Positions 31,025 to 41,445 of a stretch of 64,000 bases of DNA are shown piece after piece. The notes under the pieces are model-generated. The model saw nothing but the letters and a program-made list of their open reading frames with translations, did no database searches and was not told the DNA's origin. Each line of letters begins with the position of its first letter. Positions within the stretch are counted from its first letter, which is position 1. Made by a program: the position numbers and the translations under genes. The stretch comes from Waterburya sp. Lineage in GTDB: Bacteria > Cyanobacteriota > Cyanobacteriia > Cyanobacteriales > Xenococcaceae. The stretch spans positions 2,880,001 through 2,944,000 of the forward strand of contig CBDCJV010000002.1 in assembly GCA_965217895.1 (NCBI GenBank), in the 5' to 3' direction.

Positions 31025-31304
31025 AAATTAATTTGGTTAATTATTTAATTATTAAGCTGCTGTCAACGATCGCTCTTTGTGGCGATCGCAGAATAAAAGA
31101 GATTAAGTCTTTAGAAACCAAGGAAATTCTTTTTCATTAGTAAATTCCAACGTCTCAGCTATTTTATAGTTTTTTTGCCCACCTATTTAGTTTTTAAGCT
31201 TGAGACTTTCTAACTCAGATCGCGGTAAAATAATAAAAAGTCAAAAAACTTAATAACAGTTCAACTTATACCTACATTTTAAGGAAAACAATTAAGCAAT
31301 AGTC

Positions 31305-31568
31305 ATGATTCTTCAAGATCCGCAAACAATTCGGCATTATCAAACAATCACCGACGGCATGGTAAACCTCTGGCGTAGACGCTATAGCTTTGAGGAAATT
31401 AGATTGTATTTGGATGGCTATATTGCTTGTTTGCGCAACAGCAACTTTATTGAGCAATACCAGATTCATAAATTAGAAGAGCAAGCATTAAGCTTTCTGC
31501 GAGATCCCTCTAATTTTGAGCTATCTTTTCCCCAAACCCAAATGGAAACTGACCCAGACTATTATTAA
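31305..31568 (+). CDS. Small cyanobacterial protein (DUF6761-like)
   Basis: LQD..TIRHYQ..TD; YLDGY.A.LR; IH.LEE...FL.DPSNF. Confidence 0.8.
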   Translation: MILQDPQTIRHYQTITDGMVNLWRRRYSFEEIRLYLDGYIACLRNSNFIEQYQIHKLEEQALSFLRDPSNFELSFPQTQMETDPDYY

Positions 31569-31614
31569 CTCGATCAAAAGCCATTAGCTCTAAAGTATAT
31601 AAAATATTTAAAAC

Positions 31615-31650
31615 ACGAAAGAGACGGATAGTTACAGCCGTCTCTTTCGT
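31615..31650. terminator. Bidirectional hairpin between convergent genes
   Basis: 13-bp stem ACGAAAGAGACGG/CCGTCTCTTTCGT. Confidence 0.65.
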
Positions 31651-31667
31651 ATTATGGGCAGCAAATT

Positions 31668-31991
31668 TCAGGAGGCCAAAGCAACTTCCACCATCTGTTG
31701 CAGTTCACCACTTTGATACAGTTCGATCGCAATATCTGAACCGCCAACAAACTCCCCATTAATGTATATTTGCGGGATAGTAGGCCAGTTAGAATATTCT
31801 TTAATTCCTTGGCGTATATCTTGATCTGCCAAAATATCTACGGTTTCGTAAGGAACACCCAGAGTGTTGAGAATTTGGACTACATTGTTAGAAAAACCAC
31901 ACTGGGGCATCAGTTTCGATCCCTTCATAAATACCATGACTTTGTTGTCATTAAGTAATTTATCAATTTTTGTTTTTACTTCAGGTGTCAT
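31668..31991 (-). CDS. grxD: Monothiol glutaredoxin
   Basis: PQCGFS, WPTIPQ and GGSD motifs. Confidence 0.96.
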   Translation of the reverse strand: MTPEVKTKIDKLLNDNKVMVFMKGSKLMPQCGFSNNVVQILNTLGVPYETVDILADQDIRQGIKEYSNWPTIPQIYINGEFVGGSDIAIELYQSGELQQMVEVALAS

Positions 31992-32115
31992 AAGTCTTAA
32001 TTATCTATTTTGCTTAATTTACAAATAACGCCAGCTATTCTTTGTAGCGATTGATTAATTTGATCTTACTAAACTTCAAAGCATTAGATCACTTAACAAT
32101 TTTAAATGATTAATA

Positions 32116-32367
32116 CTAGACAGCTTGACCAGCAGCCTGCCAAGCTTCAGGAGTGTAGGTTTTAAGAGAGAGAGCATGAATCGTTTCTGATGCCAACTCA
32201 GCTTGCAGTGCAGCATAAACTATCTGATGCTGTTTGACTCTGGATTTGTTTGCAAAGTCTGGAGATACAATTATGGCTTCAAAATGCTGTCCGTCGCCTA
32301 CAACTTTAACTTTGGCATTGGACAGTTTTTCTTGAATCATTGTTTGTACTTGTTCGGGGCTAATCAT
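32116..32367 (-). CDS. BolA/IbaG family protein
   Basis: GDGQHF, VKQHQIVY and IHALSLKT motifs; adjacent to grxD. Confidence 0.93.
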   Translation of the reverse strand: MISPEQVQTMIQEKLSNAKVKVVGDGQHFEAIIVSPDFANKSRVKQHQIVYAALQAELASETIHALSLKTYTPEAWQAAGQAV

Positions 32368-32736
32368 ATTTTATTTTAGTAGAATGGGTATAGACTTTAA
32401 TTTTAGACAGTATTTAGTTGTTGTTACCTAAACCTAATTTGCTTTATGCAATTAAGTTATTAGGCATCTGTGACAAGTTAAAGGACTACGCTTTTTGTTA
32501 ACTGGTTTTTAGCTCTTAGCTCTCAGCTATTAGCTATTAGCTTTTGAACTGTTTTTCATGAACTTTATTTTTCATGAACTTTAAATATCTGATGGCGATC
32601 GCGCCATACTAACTCAGTCTAATCCATATCAGGTGTTATCCGAAACACAAGATGATCGGTGCATCGCGGTCTTTGCTGCACTCTCGCGGTGGAGGTTTCC
32701 AAAGGCGGCTTTTTCTTAACTTGTCACCAATGGTTA

Positions 32737-33435
32737 TTAGGGATTAGGAATCGCTGGATCTGCACTTGGCGGTTGAGCTTCTGGGTTAGGAGCTTGAGGG
32801 GCAGTTTCAGGGGAAGACTGAGGAGACTGGGGAGTAGATGCTGGATTTTGCGGAGGAGTAGAATCTGGTTTGGAAATAGTAAGAGGCGTGTCTACAAAAC
32901 CCATCTCTAATAGCTGATCGTAAGCCTTTTTACCCAATCCAATTCCTGGGCTTTGAGAGGTAATAACTTGAATTAGCAAAGGAATAGATAATTCTGGGTT
33001 TCCCTGCGCTCGATGAACTAAAGCCAACTGATAAGTTGCATTGTCTCTGGCAACACCAGTTTCTAAAGCTTTTTTGCGCTGAGATTCAGCAGCAGCATTA
33101 TCTATTCCAGTGGTGCTTTGAAATAGCTGAAGATAGAAGTTAGATAGTTGGTTGTATACCTGACGCGCACTCTGTAATTTCTTTGCTGCTAGAGCATAAT
33201 TTTGATTATCAATAGCCTTATCGGCTTCCTCCATCAGTTTTTTTCCTCCTTCGATGCTAAAAATGCTGGCTGAGGGAAGAGAATTACCTTCAGTGGCTTT
33301 ATTTTCAGTCGATTGAGACTCTGCGGGAGTAGTTGTTGGCTGTGCTTGAATAGAAGCAATAGGAAAACCAATTAAAAATAAAGTCAAAAACAATAAGCGA
33401 GGCACAGAAGAGTTAATTATATTTAGTTTAAGCAT
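32737..33435 (-). CDS. Exported helical (TPR-like) hypothetical protein
   Basis: Signal peptide; ATYQLALVHRAQ; Pro/Gln-rich tail. Confidence 0.75.
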   Translation of the reverse strand: MLKLNIINSSVPRLLFLTLFLIGFPIASIQAQPTTTPAESQSTENKATEGNSLPSASIFSIEGGKKLMEEADKAIDNQNYALAAKKLQSARQVYNQLSNFYLQLFQSTTGIDNAAAESQRKKALETGVARDNATYQLALVHRAQGNPELSIPLLIQVITSQSPGIGLGKKAYDQLLEMGFVDTPLTISKPDSTPPQNPASTPQSPQSSPETAPQAPNPEAQPPSADPAIPNP

Positions 33436-33625
33436 AGGTTATGTTTTACCATTTTGTTTCGGTCTTGAGAGGTGATGGCTTTAAGGCTTCAGGTATCTTA
33501 TCACCCAAATAACCCGCATGTGAAAATCAAAAACTTTACTTTGATTGTGATTTGAAAACTGGTTGATTTATCATTTGATCGCTTATGGTGGAAAGGTTTA
33601 TTTCTAGGCAGCTTTAGCTTAGTCT

Positions 33626-35041
33626 ATGTATCGCTTAATTTGGATTTTATCCTGCATAACTTTAATTACCGCTTGTCAGAAAACGCCTTCTAGACTAGCT
33701 AATTTACCTCAAGATAAATTTATTCAAGCTTATTTTAATCATCGACAGAGTAATGATGATACTTACATCGATCCTTATCGTCAAATAGAACATTCAGGTG
33801 ATAATTTAGAGGCAGTAGTCATTAACGAGATAGAAAAAGCAAAAACTAATATCGATCTAGCTGTACAAGAGCTAAATTTACCATTAGTTGCCCAGGCTCT
33901 AGCTCAAAGTTATCGCTCAGGGGTAAAAATAAGAGTAATTTTAGATAATAATTATAGTCGCCCTTTAAGTAGTTTAAGCTCACAGCAAATTAAGCAGTTC
34001 AACCAGAGCGATCGCCTAAAATATAATCAGTTTTTTCAGTTAGTAGATCTCAACCACGATGGTCGTTTAAGTTCTCAAGAAATTGCCCAAAGAGACGCTT
34101 TAGCGATTTTAGAACAGGCAGGTATTCCTGTCATTGACGATGCTGCTGATGGCTCAAAGGGAAGCGGTTTGATGCACCATAAATTTATGGTAGTTGATGG
34201 CGAAAAAGTAGTCACAGGGTCAGCGAATCTAACCCTCAGTGGTGTTCATGGAGATATTGATAATTTAAATACCACAGGTAATGTTAATCATTTACTTACT
34301 ATTAATAATAGGCAGGTTGCCAGCTTATTTACTGAAGAATTTGACTATATGTGGGGAGATAATCAGCAAGGCGGATTGAATAGCAAATTTGGTTTAAATA
34401 AACCTTGGCGATCGCCTGTATCTATTCAAGCAGAAAATACTCAGATTACAGTTCAATTTTCGCCTACTTCTAGCAGTAAAAATTGGCAGGATAGTACTAA
34501 TGGTCTAATTGCCAAGACAATTAATCAGGCTAACAAGTCTATCGATCTAGCATTGTTTGTTTTTAGTGACCAAGAAATAGCTAACACTTTACAAAAAAAA
34601 CAGCAGCAAGGGCTGAGCCTACGAGGTGTTTTCGACCCTGGTTTTGCCTTTCGTTACTACAGCGAAGTATTAGATATGCGAGGCATTACCCTCAGCAATA
34701 GCTCTTTGAAGCAAAGAAATTCTCTTTGCCAAGCAGAAACTGGTAACAATCCTTGGCAAAAACCTCTGCAAACTATGGGTATAGCCAATCTAAGCACGGG
34801 GGACAAGCTTCATCATAAGTTTGCCCTAATTGACGATCAAACCGTGATTTCTGGCTCACAAAATTGGTCTGAGGCTGCTAATAGTAACAATGATGAAACT
34901 GTAATGGCGATCGATAACCCAACAGTTGCCCAGCATTTTAAACAAGAGTTTGAGAACCTTTATCAAGTGGCTTTTTTCGAGCTACCTCCCAAAATAAAAA
35001 CAAAGCTTCAGCAACAACAATCTTGTAATAACAGAAATTAG
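33626..35041 (+). CDS. Phospholipase D/nuclease family lipoprotein (ComA-like, no HhH tail)
   Basis: Lipobox-like ITAC; two HxK-x4-D motifs (HHKFMVVD, HHKFALID), each followed by GSxN. Confidence 0.88.
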   Translation: MYRLIWILSCITLITACQKTPSRLANLPQDKFIQAYFNHRQSNDDTYIDPYRQIEHSGDNLEAVVINEIEKAKTNIDLAVQELNLPLVAQALAQSYRSGVKIRVILDNNYSRPLSSLSSQQIKQFNQSDRLKYNQFFQLVDLNHDGRLSSQEIAQRDALAILEQAGIPVIDDAADGSKGSGLMHHKFMVVDGEKVVTGSANLTLSGVHGDIDNLNTTGNVNHLLTINNRQVASLFTEEFDYMWGDNQQGGLNSKFGLNKPWRSPVSIQAENTQITVQFSPTSSSKNWQDSTNGLIAKTINQANKSIDLALFVFSDQEIANTLQKKQQQGLSLRGVFDPGFAFRYYSEVLDMRGITLSNSSLKQRNSLCQAETGNNPWQKPLQTMGIANLSTGDKLHHKFALIDDQTVISGSQNWSEAANSNNDETVMAIDNPTVAQHFKQEFENLYQVAFFELPPKIKTKLQQQQSCNNRN

Positions 35042-35159
35042 TTTTTTAGAGTTAAGCTACTTATCCCTAGATCTTCATAATCACAAAAGTTTCATACTTT
35101 GGTCGGATAGATGAAAAAAGCATTGTAGATAAAGTGAACAGGAAATAGGAGGAATAAAC

Positions 35160-36137
35160 ATGGAAACACGCAAACTAGGACAGGAACTCGAAGTTTCAGC
35201 CCTCGGACTCGGCTGCATGGGTATGTCAGAGTTTTATGGCAAACCCGACGAACAAGGAGCGATCGCCACGATTCACCGCGCTCTCGATCTCGGTGTGACG
35301 CTGTTAGATACGGCGGATATGTACGGACAGGGGGACAATGAAGAACTAGTAGGTAAGGCGATCGCCGATCGTCGCGATCATGTCATTTTAGCTACCAAGT
35401 TTGGCATTCTTCGCGGTGAGGATGCAAGCATGAGGGGCTTTAACGCTAAACCAGAATACGTACATCAGGCTTGCGACGCATCCTTGCAACGTTTGGGCAT
35501 TGACACTATCGATCTCTATTATCTGCACCGTGTCGATCCTGAAGTTCCCATCGAAGACACCGTAGGGACAATGGCGGAATTAGTACAGCAGGGAAAAGTG
35601 CGCTACCTGGGTCTATCTGAAGCTGCCCCCCAAACCATTCGTCGCGCCCAAGCAGTGCATCCAATTAGTGCGTTGCAAACTGAATATTCTCTTTGGAGTC
35701 GCGATCCTGAAGATAAGGTCTTACCTACCGTGCGCGAGTTGGGCATTGGCTTCGTGCCATACAGTCCTCTAGGAAGAGGCTTTTTATCAGGACAGTTTAA
35801 AAGTCCCGATGATTTTCCAGAAGGCGATTACCGTCGTAATTCACCCCGGTTCCAGGGAGAGAACTTTTATAAGAACTTGGAACTCGTCGATCGGGTTAAA
35901 GAAATTGCCCAAGCCAAAGAAGTAACAGCGAGTCAACTGGCGATCGCCTGGTTGCTAGCTCAAGGTAATGATATTGTGCCGATTCCTGGCACTAAGCACC
36001 GTAAGTATCTAGAAGAAAATGTTGCTGCTGCCGATATTTCCTTAACTTCAGAAGAACTAAAACAAATCGAAGCCGTTGCCCCCCAGGGAGTTGCAGCAGG
36101 CGATCGCTACTCTAATATGAGTCAGGTCAATCGTTAA
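35160..36137 (+). CDS. Aldo/keto reductase
   Basis: [28 protein letters not shown] and PYSPLGRG motifs. Confidence 0.95.
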   Translation: METRKLGQELEVSALGLGCMGMSEFYGKPDEQGAIATIHRALDLGVTLLDTADMYGQGDNEELVGKAIADRRDHVILATKFGILRGEDASMRGFNAKPEYVHQACDASLQRLGIDTIDLYYLHRVDPEVPIEDTVGTMAELVQQGKVRYLGLSEAAPQTIRRAQAVHPISALQTEYSLWSRDPEDKVLPTVRELGIGFVPYSPLGRGFLSGQFKSPDDFPEGDYRRNSPRFQGENFYKNLELVDRVKEIAQAKEVTASQLAIAWLLAQGNDIVPIPGTKHRKYLEENVAAADISLTSEELKQIEAVAPQGVAAGDRYSNMSQVNR

Positions 36138-36180
36138 CTAAATCAGACGATTGCACTTAATAAACAATCTTTACTAAAGT

Positions 36181-36213
36181 AAACGGCTAATAGCTTGTAG
36201 CTATTAGCCGTTT
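36181..36213. terminator. Hairpin after the AKR gene
   Basis: AAACGGCTAATAGCT-TGT-AGCTATTAGCCGTTT. Confidence 0.65.
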
Positions 36214-36257
36214 ATCCAATTAAATCGGCGATTATTATTACTTTTATTTTATATTTT

Positions 36258-36323
36258 ATTGATAATAATTTTCGATTAACGGCTATAATTTTTTAATCGG
36301 ACTAATTGATTAAAATTCTCAAT
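36258..36323 (+). promoter_or_regulatory. Fur-box-like sites
   Basis: ATTGATAATAATTTTCGATT and ATTGATTAAAATTCTCAAT upstream of a small gene pair that includes a Cys-rich ferredoxin-like gene. Confidence 0.45.
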
Positions 36324-36328
36324 AACCA

Positions 36329-36649
36329 ATGACTAATAAAGATCGCGAATCATATTCCTCAAGTCGAAAAAAAGACAATCTAGAACCTTCTTGTCATCTA
36401 GAACAGAATAAACTTAGTCAGGTTTTAGCGGTTAAATGGTCTTCACGCTGGGATGTATTTCGTCGGCTTAAGGAACTAGAGATAAATTGTCAGTGTTCCA
36501 CCAATGAGCCTTTGCTGGTTCATTTGCATAGTCCAGCTACTGCTATACAAATTTGGAGTGTAGTTAGACAATTCAATGGATCTCGCCAGGAATTGATTGG
36601 TTGCTTAGATGATTGCTGGCAGATAAGGTACGATCGTAGAAGCAAATAA
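36329..36649 (+). CDS. Asr1405/Asl0597 family protein
   Basis: RW.V.RRL.EL.I.C.C....PL.V...SP..AIQ.WSV.RQ motif. Confidence 0.8.
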   Translation: MTNKDRESYSSSRKKDNLEPSCHLEQNKLSQVLAVKWSSRWDVFRRLKELEINCQCSTNEPLLVHLHSPATAIQIWSVVRQFNGSRQELIGCLDDCWQIRYDRRSK

Positions 36650-36665
36650 TTTTGAGCGAGCAACG

Positions 36666-37253
36666 ATGAAAAAAGCAGATAATGCAGTCTCTTCTTTTAA
36701 TCTCAGTGGAAAATTGAGCAAAATCAAGCTTGAGAAACATAAAATTAAATACATCAAACTGGCTACCGAGCAAAATAAAGTTTGGATCAAGATCGGCAAA
36801 AAGCTGAGAAAGCAGATTTCACAACTACCGCTGGAGTCTAAGCTAGAGGTAGCAGGAAAGCTTAAGCAGTATCCCAAAACTGGTAAGGTTAAATACAAAG
36901 CCCAAACTATTACTGTACTGCCTCAAAACCTGGAGCAATCTGCCAAAATTAAAACCAAGCAGGTTTCTTTACTGCCTGTATTTGACTCTAAAACAAAATC
37001 AAAAGCCAAAGTGTTGATCTGCCAAAAGTCTAACTGCTGGAAAAAAGGAGGAAAACAAGTCTTTGAAGAATTAGAATCCGTATTGAGCGATCGCAATTTA
37101 AGCGAGCAGATTCCAATTCGCAAAACAGGCTGTTTAAACAAATGCAAAAAAGCACCTAATTTAGTCATGTTGCCTGACAAAGCTCATTACACCAAGGTCA
37201 AACCAAAGCAGGTTGCTGATTTTGTGGAAAAGCACCTAATCTCTGAAGCTTAA
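36666..37253 (+). CDS. Thioredoxin-like [2Fe-2S] ferredoxin domain protein
   Basis: ICQKSNC...TGCLNKCKKAPN four-Cys pattern. Confidence 0.85.
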   Translation: MKKADNAVSSFNLSGKLSKIKLEKHKIKYIKLATEQNKVWIKIGKKLRKQISQLPLESKLEVAGKLKQYPKTGKVKYKAQTITVLPQNLEQSAKIKTKQVSLLPVFDSKTKSKAKVLICQKSNCWKKGGKQVFEELESVLSDRNLSEQIPIRKTGCLNKCKKAPNLVMLPDKAHYTKVKPKQVADFVEKHLISEA

Positions 37254-37628
37254 ACAACAGTTAAGGTAGTTAAAGCAGTAAGAACAGTAAAGATTTAGTG
37301 CCTGGATGAACATTGATAAGTCGCCATTTTAAACTCCTAAGAAACAAATTAATTTGTTAGGAATGGTAAAAAGGGAAAGAAGAAAGGGGAAAAGGGTAAT
37401 TTGTTTCTTTCTGAGATTACAAATCTAAATTCGTCGGACGCTGATGTTAGGCAATTAAGACGAAAATCTTGAGATACATAAACGCTACAAACAGACAAGT
37501 TATTATCCATTGTTGACAAGTTAAGATTGTGTGTTGTTTGTCAACTGTAGTCATTCTAAATAGAAACCGTAGCAGTTAAGCCTAAACCTTCTGCCCTCTG
37601 CCTTCTATAGCAATACTTATATTAGGAC

Positions 37629-37767
37629 ACTTGCTACTTACTACTTGCTACTTACTACTTGCTACTTGCTACTTGCTACTTGCTACTTGCTACTTACTAC
37701 TTACTACTTGCTACTTGCTACTTACTACTTGCTACTTGCTACTTGCTACTTGCTACTTGCTACTTAC
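37629..37767. repeat. STRR heptamer array (T[G/A]CTACT) x ~20
   Basis: Uninterrupted 7-bp periodic run mixing TGCTACT and TACTACT units. Confidence 0.95.
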
Positions 37768-37924
37768 AAGCAGTTCATTTTCCTGTCCTGTCTTGGTGCG
37801 CGTTCCCTTGCGCCTGTCGGCGACGCGGGGTCGCACCGCTAACCAGTCAACGGACTGCGATACTACAGATAAACCTGCGGAAATTAATTGGAATGACTAT
37901 AGTTTTTAGCTTTTAGCTTGCAGC

Positions 37925-39250
37925 CTAGAGCTTAGAGCTATTGAATTGAGTCTGATTACGCTGTGGATCGCCTAGATACCAGTGGTTTTTTTGAGTCAAA
38001 CTAAAGCTATTAGGTCTTAATTTCCACGTCTGAACTAGCTCATTTAACAACTTGTCCTGCTGTTGGCGAAAATACTCTACCTGATGACCATGGTTAATAA
38101 TAGTAAAATAAACTCTACCGTGTTGCGATCGCCCAGCAAGTCCTTCAGTAGAAATAACACCAGCTAAGGCACTAACATTATCTAGTGTTCCCGTTTTGAT
38201 AGTTGTGCCAGGAGGTAAGCCCCGATCCTTCACCGTGCCGACAATATCTCTGCCTGCGGTGGGAAACAAGTCTGTGGCACTAAAAGAATATTTCTCCAGT
38301 AATCTATCAATAGTCATTAACATCTTGCAGATGGCGCGAGGAGAAATACGATTTTCTTCTCCTAAACCTGAACCATTAACTAGGTGAATTTCTGTGCTAG
38401 GAAAGCCAGCTATATCGGCAGCAGCTTGAGCAACTTTATTCGCCCCACCAGCTAAATCAGCTAACATCTGTGCCATCTGATTATTACTGTAGATGTTCAT
38501 TTGTCTGAGGATCTCTGCTAAAGGCAAAGACTGGTGGGTAATCAGTAACCGAGCATCTGGTGGCACTTTGGCAATTGCCTTAACCTTACCAGCGATCGCA
38601 ATTTCTGGCTGTTTTGTTCCTGGTGGCATTTGCAGATATTGCTCAGTAGCTTCCCTTTGCCATAACTTTTGATTTAATCCTTCTTTTAACAATTCTCCTG
38701 CCATTTCTGGCTTGTTTTCAAAATTCATATAAAACTTGTCCGTCACTAAGATATCGCCCTGCACCTGACGAATACCTAGTTGATTTAATGTGTTGCCCAA
38801 AGCGATCGCTTCTTCCCAAACAAACAAAGGATCGCCACTTCCTTCAACAACTAAATCTCCAGTGAGAATACCGTTTTTAATTTCTTTAGTCGTCAATATT
38901 TTAGTCGTAAACTGATGTTTTGCGCCCCATTTATGCAGTGCAGTCAAAGTAGTGGCAATTTTGCTCAATGAAGCCGCAGGAAGCAGCGTTTTTCCCTGAT
39001 TACTAGCTAATGTTGTCCAGTCTGATTGCACCCATACTCCCTGTTGTTCAGGTTTAATTCCTTGGGTGGTTAGATTTTGGAGATAAGTTTTAACAATGCT
39101 TTGAGTCAATGGATCTTGAGTAATAGTAGGCAGATTAAAAATAACTGAATTTTGCCAAGGAAACTCTTGCAAAGGCTGCAAGTTTTGCTTAGGTGGCACA
39201 AAAATATTTAGCCAAGCAGCAATCATGCTTGAAATAATTAAATCTAGCAC
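37925..39250 (-). CDS. dacB: D-Ala-D-Ala carboxypeptidase (PBP4/S13 family)
   Basis: PAASLSK, GSGDP, SNN, NGSGL and KTGTL motifs. Confidence 0.88.
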   Translation of the reverse strand: MLDLIISSMIAAWLNIFVPPKQNLQPLQEFPWQNSVIFNLPTITQDPLTQSIVKTYLQNLTTQGIKPEQQGVWVQSDWTTLASNQGKTLLPAASLSKIATTLTALHKWGAKHQFTTKILTTKEIKNGILTGDLVVEGSGDPLFVWEEAIALGNTLNQLGIRQVQGDILVTDKFYMNFENKPEMAGELLKEGLNQKLWQREATEQYLQMPPGTKQPEIAIAGKVKAIAKVPPDARLLITHQSLPLAEILRQMNIYSNNQMAQMLADLAGGANKVAQAAADIAGFPSTEIHLVNGSGLGEENRISPRAICKMLMTIDRLLEKYSFSATDLFPTAGRDIVGTVKDRGLPPGTTIKTGTLDNVSALAGVISTEGLAGRSQHGRVYFTIINHGHQVEYFRQQQDKLLNELVQTWKLRPNSFSLTQKNHWYLGDPQRNQTQFNSSKL

Positions 39251-39280
39251 AAATGTAATTATTAATGATGAAAAATAAAA

Positions 39281-39385
39281 ATGTTTAAAAATTTACTTCC
39301 TCTACTCAACGATCACAATTTAACCTGTCCCGATACTATTTACCCCATCGTGGTTCATTTTGTAATGGCGATCGCCCTCTTTCTT
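39281..39385 (+). pseudogene. 5' fragment of a DUF2231-like membrane protein gene
   Basis: LNDHNLTCPDTIYPIVVHFV resembles the LNDHNLPYPDTIHPIVVHFV start of cyanobacterial DUF2231 proteins (from memory). Similarity ends near the HIP1 at 39368-39375. Confidence 0.55.
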
Positions 39386-40175
39386 TTGTTAAATTCGCGA
39401 CTCAGTATCAGTTGCTATTCAAACCCCATTAACGATAGTTACGATCACATTTATGAATCTTAATACTCTGTTTTTCAAACAGAAACCTATATAACACTCA
39501 TGATTATTTTTAATGTAATAACAATTACATTTTTTGACTAAGATAATATGTTGTGACTCAAAAAAATAGTCTCTATAATCAGTCATAACGCTGATATACA
39601 ACCAAGTAAATTAATTTACTACTTGTACAATACATATTAAAAAATAAACTAAGGGGGGGGGTATAAGTTGATCTTATTAATGTTTTATAATTTAGTAATT
39701 TACTATACACATTTTACTTAATTCTAATTAGCATAAACTATCCAGAAAAGGCAAGATTTAACGAGGCTAGCAATCTCTATTACTGTTTCGTAATAACTAC
39801 GGAGCAAGCATTTCAAGCGCAATTAGACCATGAAAGCCTCGTTAGCTTTTCTCTATATTATGTGTGATAAATTACATTAATTTCTCTGGATTTTAAAACT
39901 TTATTTAAGCGTTGAGTATGAACATATTTTGTTGTACACTGACACCCATGACACCCAGTGAAACAAAAAGCTTAATTGATTTTTAACTTCGCATATTTAA
40001 GAATTGCTTAAACTTAGATTTTTTAAGCATCTGATCGTTGTCGAAGTTAAAAGTTAATAGAAAAGCCAGAAAACGAGAATTTTTTCAAGTGTTTTTCTTG
40101 TGACGCATAACGAGCACTAATACAATTCCGTTTGATACACTACCAAATTTTCTAACAATACTAAGAGGAGTAAGA

Positions 40176-41423
40176 ATGACGCGCTCGAATCAACTTATCA
40201 TTGGGTGTGCCTCAACAGGAGCAAAATTTACCCCACTCAATCATCGTTCTACTGATAACTTGCATTTTGATAACATCTGTTGGGGTACAGATATTCCAAT
40301 TACTAGAGATGAGATCCAGTTAGAACTCGATCTTATATACGCTCTAGGCTGTCGATATTATCACTATCATGCTCGTAATCCAGTAACACGTGAACAAACT
40401 ACAGATAATGTAGTCTATCAAGGTATAAGCCAGCTTATTCAATCAAGATGTCCAGATACATTAATCAGCTTTGGAACCAGCCGAAATGGGAAAGAGGTCA
40501 GAGACGCTATTAATAAATTTGGCGAATGGGAAAGAGTAAGCCAATGTGCACTTCCTATACATTTAGGAGGAGCACACTTGGTTACGATACAAGCAGCAAT
40601 TGAGCTTCAAATTATCTGCCAGATTGAGCGAAATACAAAGCATCTCTGTCAGAAAGACATCGAAAGCATTAAGTTTCTTGAAACAATAAGCTCTTATAAT
40701 CCGTCATATAAAAGAGAAAAATTCGCTATAGAGACCAACTCCACATCAAAAGGTTCAAACTACGGGTCTTCGTCTCCTAAAGTTCAGTTCGATACTTATC
40801 GAAGCGCGATCAATTAGAGAAATCAACTAAATCTCTTACATGAGGTTGAGTGGACTCAGTTCAATCGTAGTTATGCAATGACACGGTTTGCTATCGAACA
40901 CCCCCAACTGAGGTTAGGTAGTTCAGGGCAAATTAGTATTACATTGTTATTTGGATTCTCACCGCGTCTTCCCTTTCCAAAGACATACAATGAATTTAAA
41001 AAGGTCGTGAATGCTGCTAAACGGCTAGAATATGACGTTGGTGGAAAAGAAAGGAAAAGGCGGATCAGTATTACGGTTGGAGCCGCTGTGATGCTAAATC
41101 AAGCTCAAGAAAACTTTAGGGAGTTAGATATTGGGTCGTTTCAAGGAGAAAAGATGTGTGCACTTCGGCGGCTTGTGGCTTACGCGACTCAACCTGATAG
41201 CAATGTAGATGTTCTCAGAACTGGAATGGAAGACACTCCGTACGAGGTTACGCCTGATGGACATATCGTTCGGACAAATAATGTTAGGTTAATACAAATT
41301 GTAACTTCAGAACTTAAAAGAAATGGAGTTGAAATTGAAACAGATTCGGGTCGAGTTCGTGACCGATTGGGACTTACAAATTTGAATAAAGTATACCTAG
41401 AGTCTTTAAAAAGTAAGGTGTAA
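40176..41423 (+). pseudogene. Long beta-keto-acid cleavage enzyme (BKACE/DUF849)-like gene interrupted by one in-frame TAG (40815-40817)
   Basis: The two ORF-track pieces are in the same frame and the linker reads RNQLNLLHEVEWTQFNRSYA. N-part has CASTGA, IPIT..EI and HYHARNP; C-part has RTGMED. Confidence 0.8.
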
Positions 41424-41445
41424 AGCTTAATCTACAGGTATTTAT

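Noticed and set aside
37295..37327. 10-codon minus-strand ORF MATYQCSSRH with an AGGAG RBS and a ferredoxin-like first five residues
   Set aside because: Too short, and I see no continuing homology; cannot be supported without Ribo-seq.
37629..37767. Possible CRISPR array
   Set aside because: Contiguous 7-bp units with no spacers, and no cas genes in the window.
37631..37916. Three overlapping LLATCY-repeat ORFs
   Set aside because: Artefacts of the stop-free heptamer array; all three frames give the same peptide.
39758..39846. Inverted repeat AACGAGGCT/AGCCTCGTT upstream of the BKACE-like gene as a possible riboswitch
   Set aside because: Only a 9-bp stem, with no recognisable aptamer consensus.
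40815..40817. Pyrrolysine recoding of the in-frame TAG
   Set aside because: No pyl genes in the window and no precedent I know of in cyanobacteria; nonsense mutation or sequencing error is more parsimonious.
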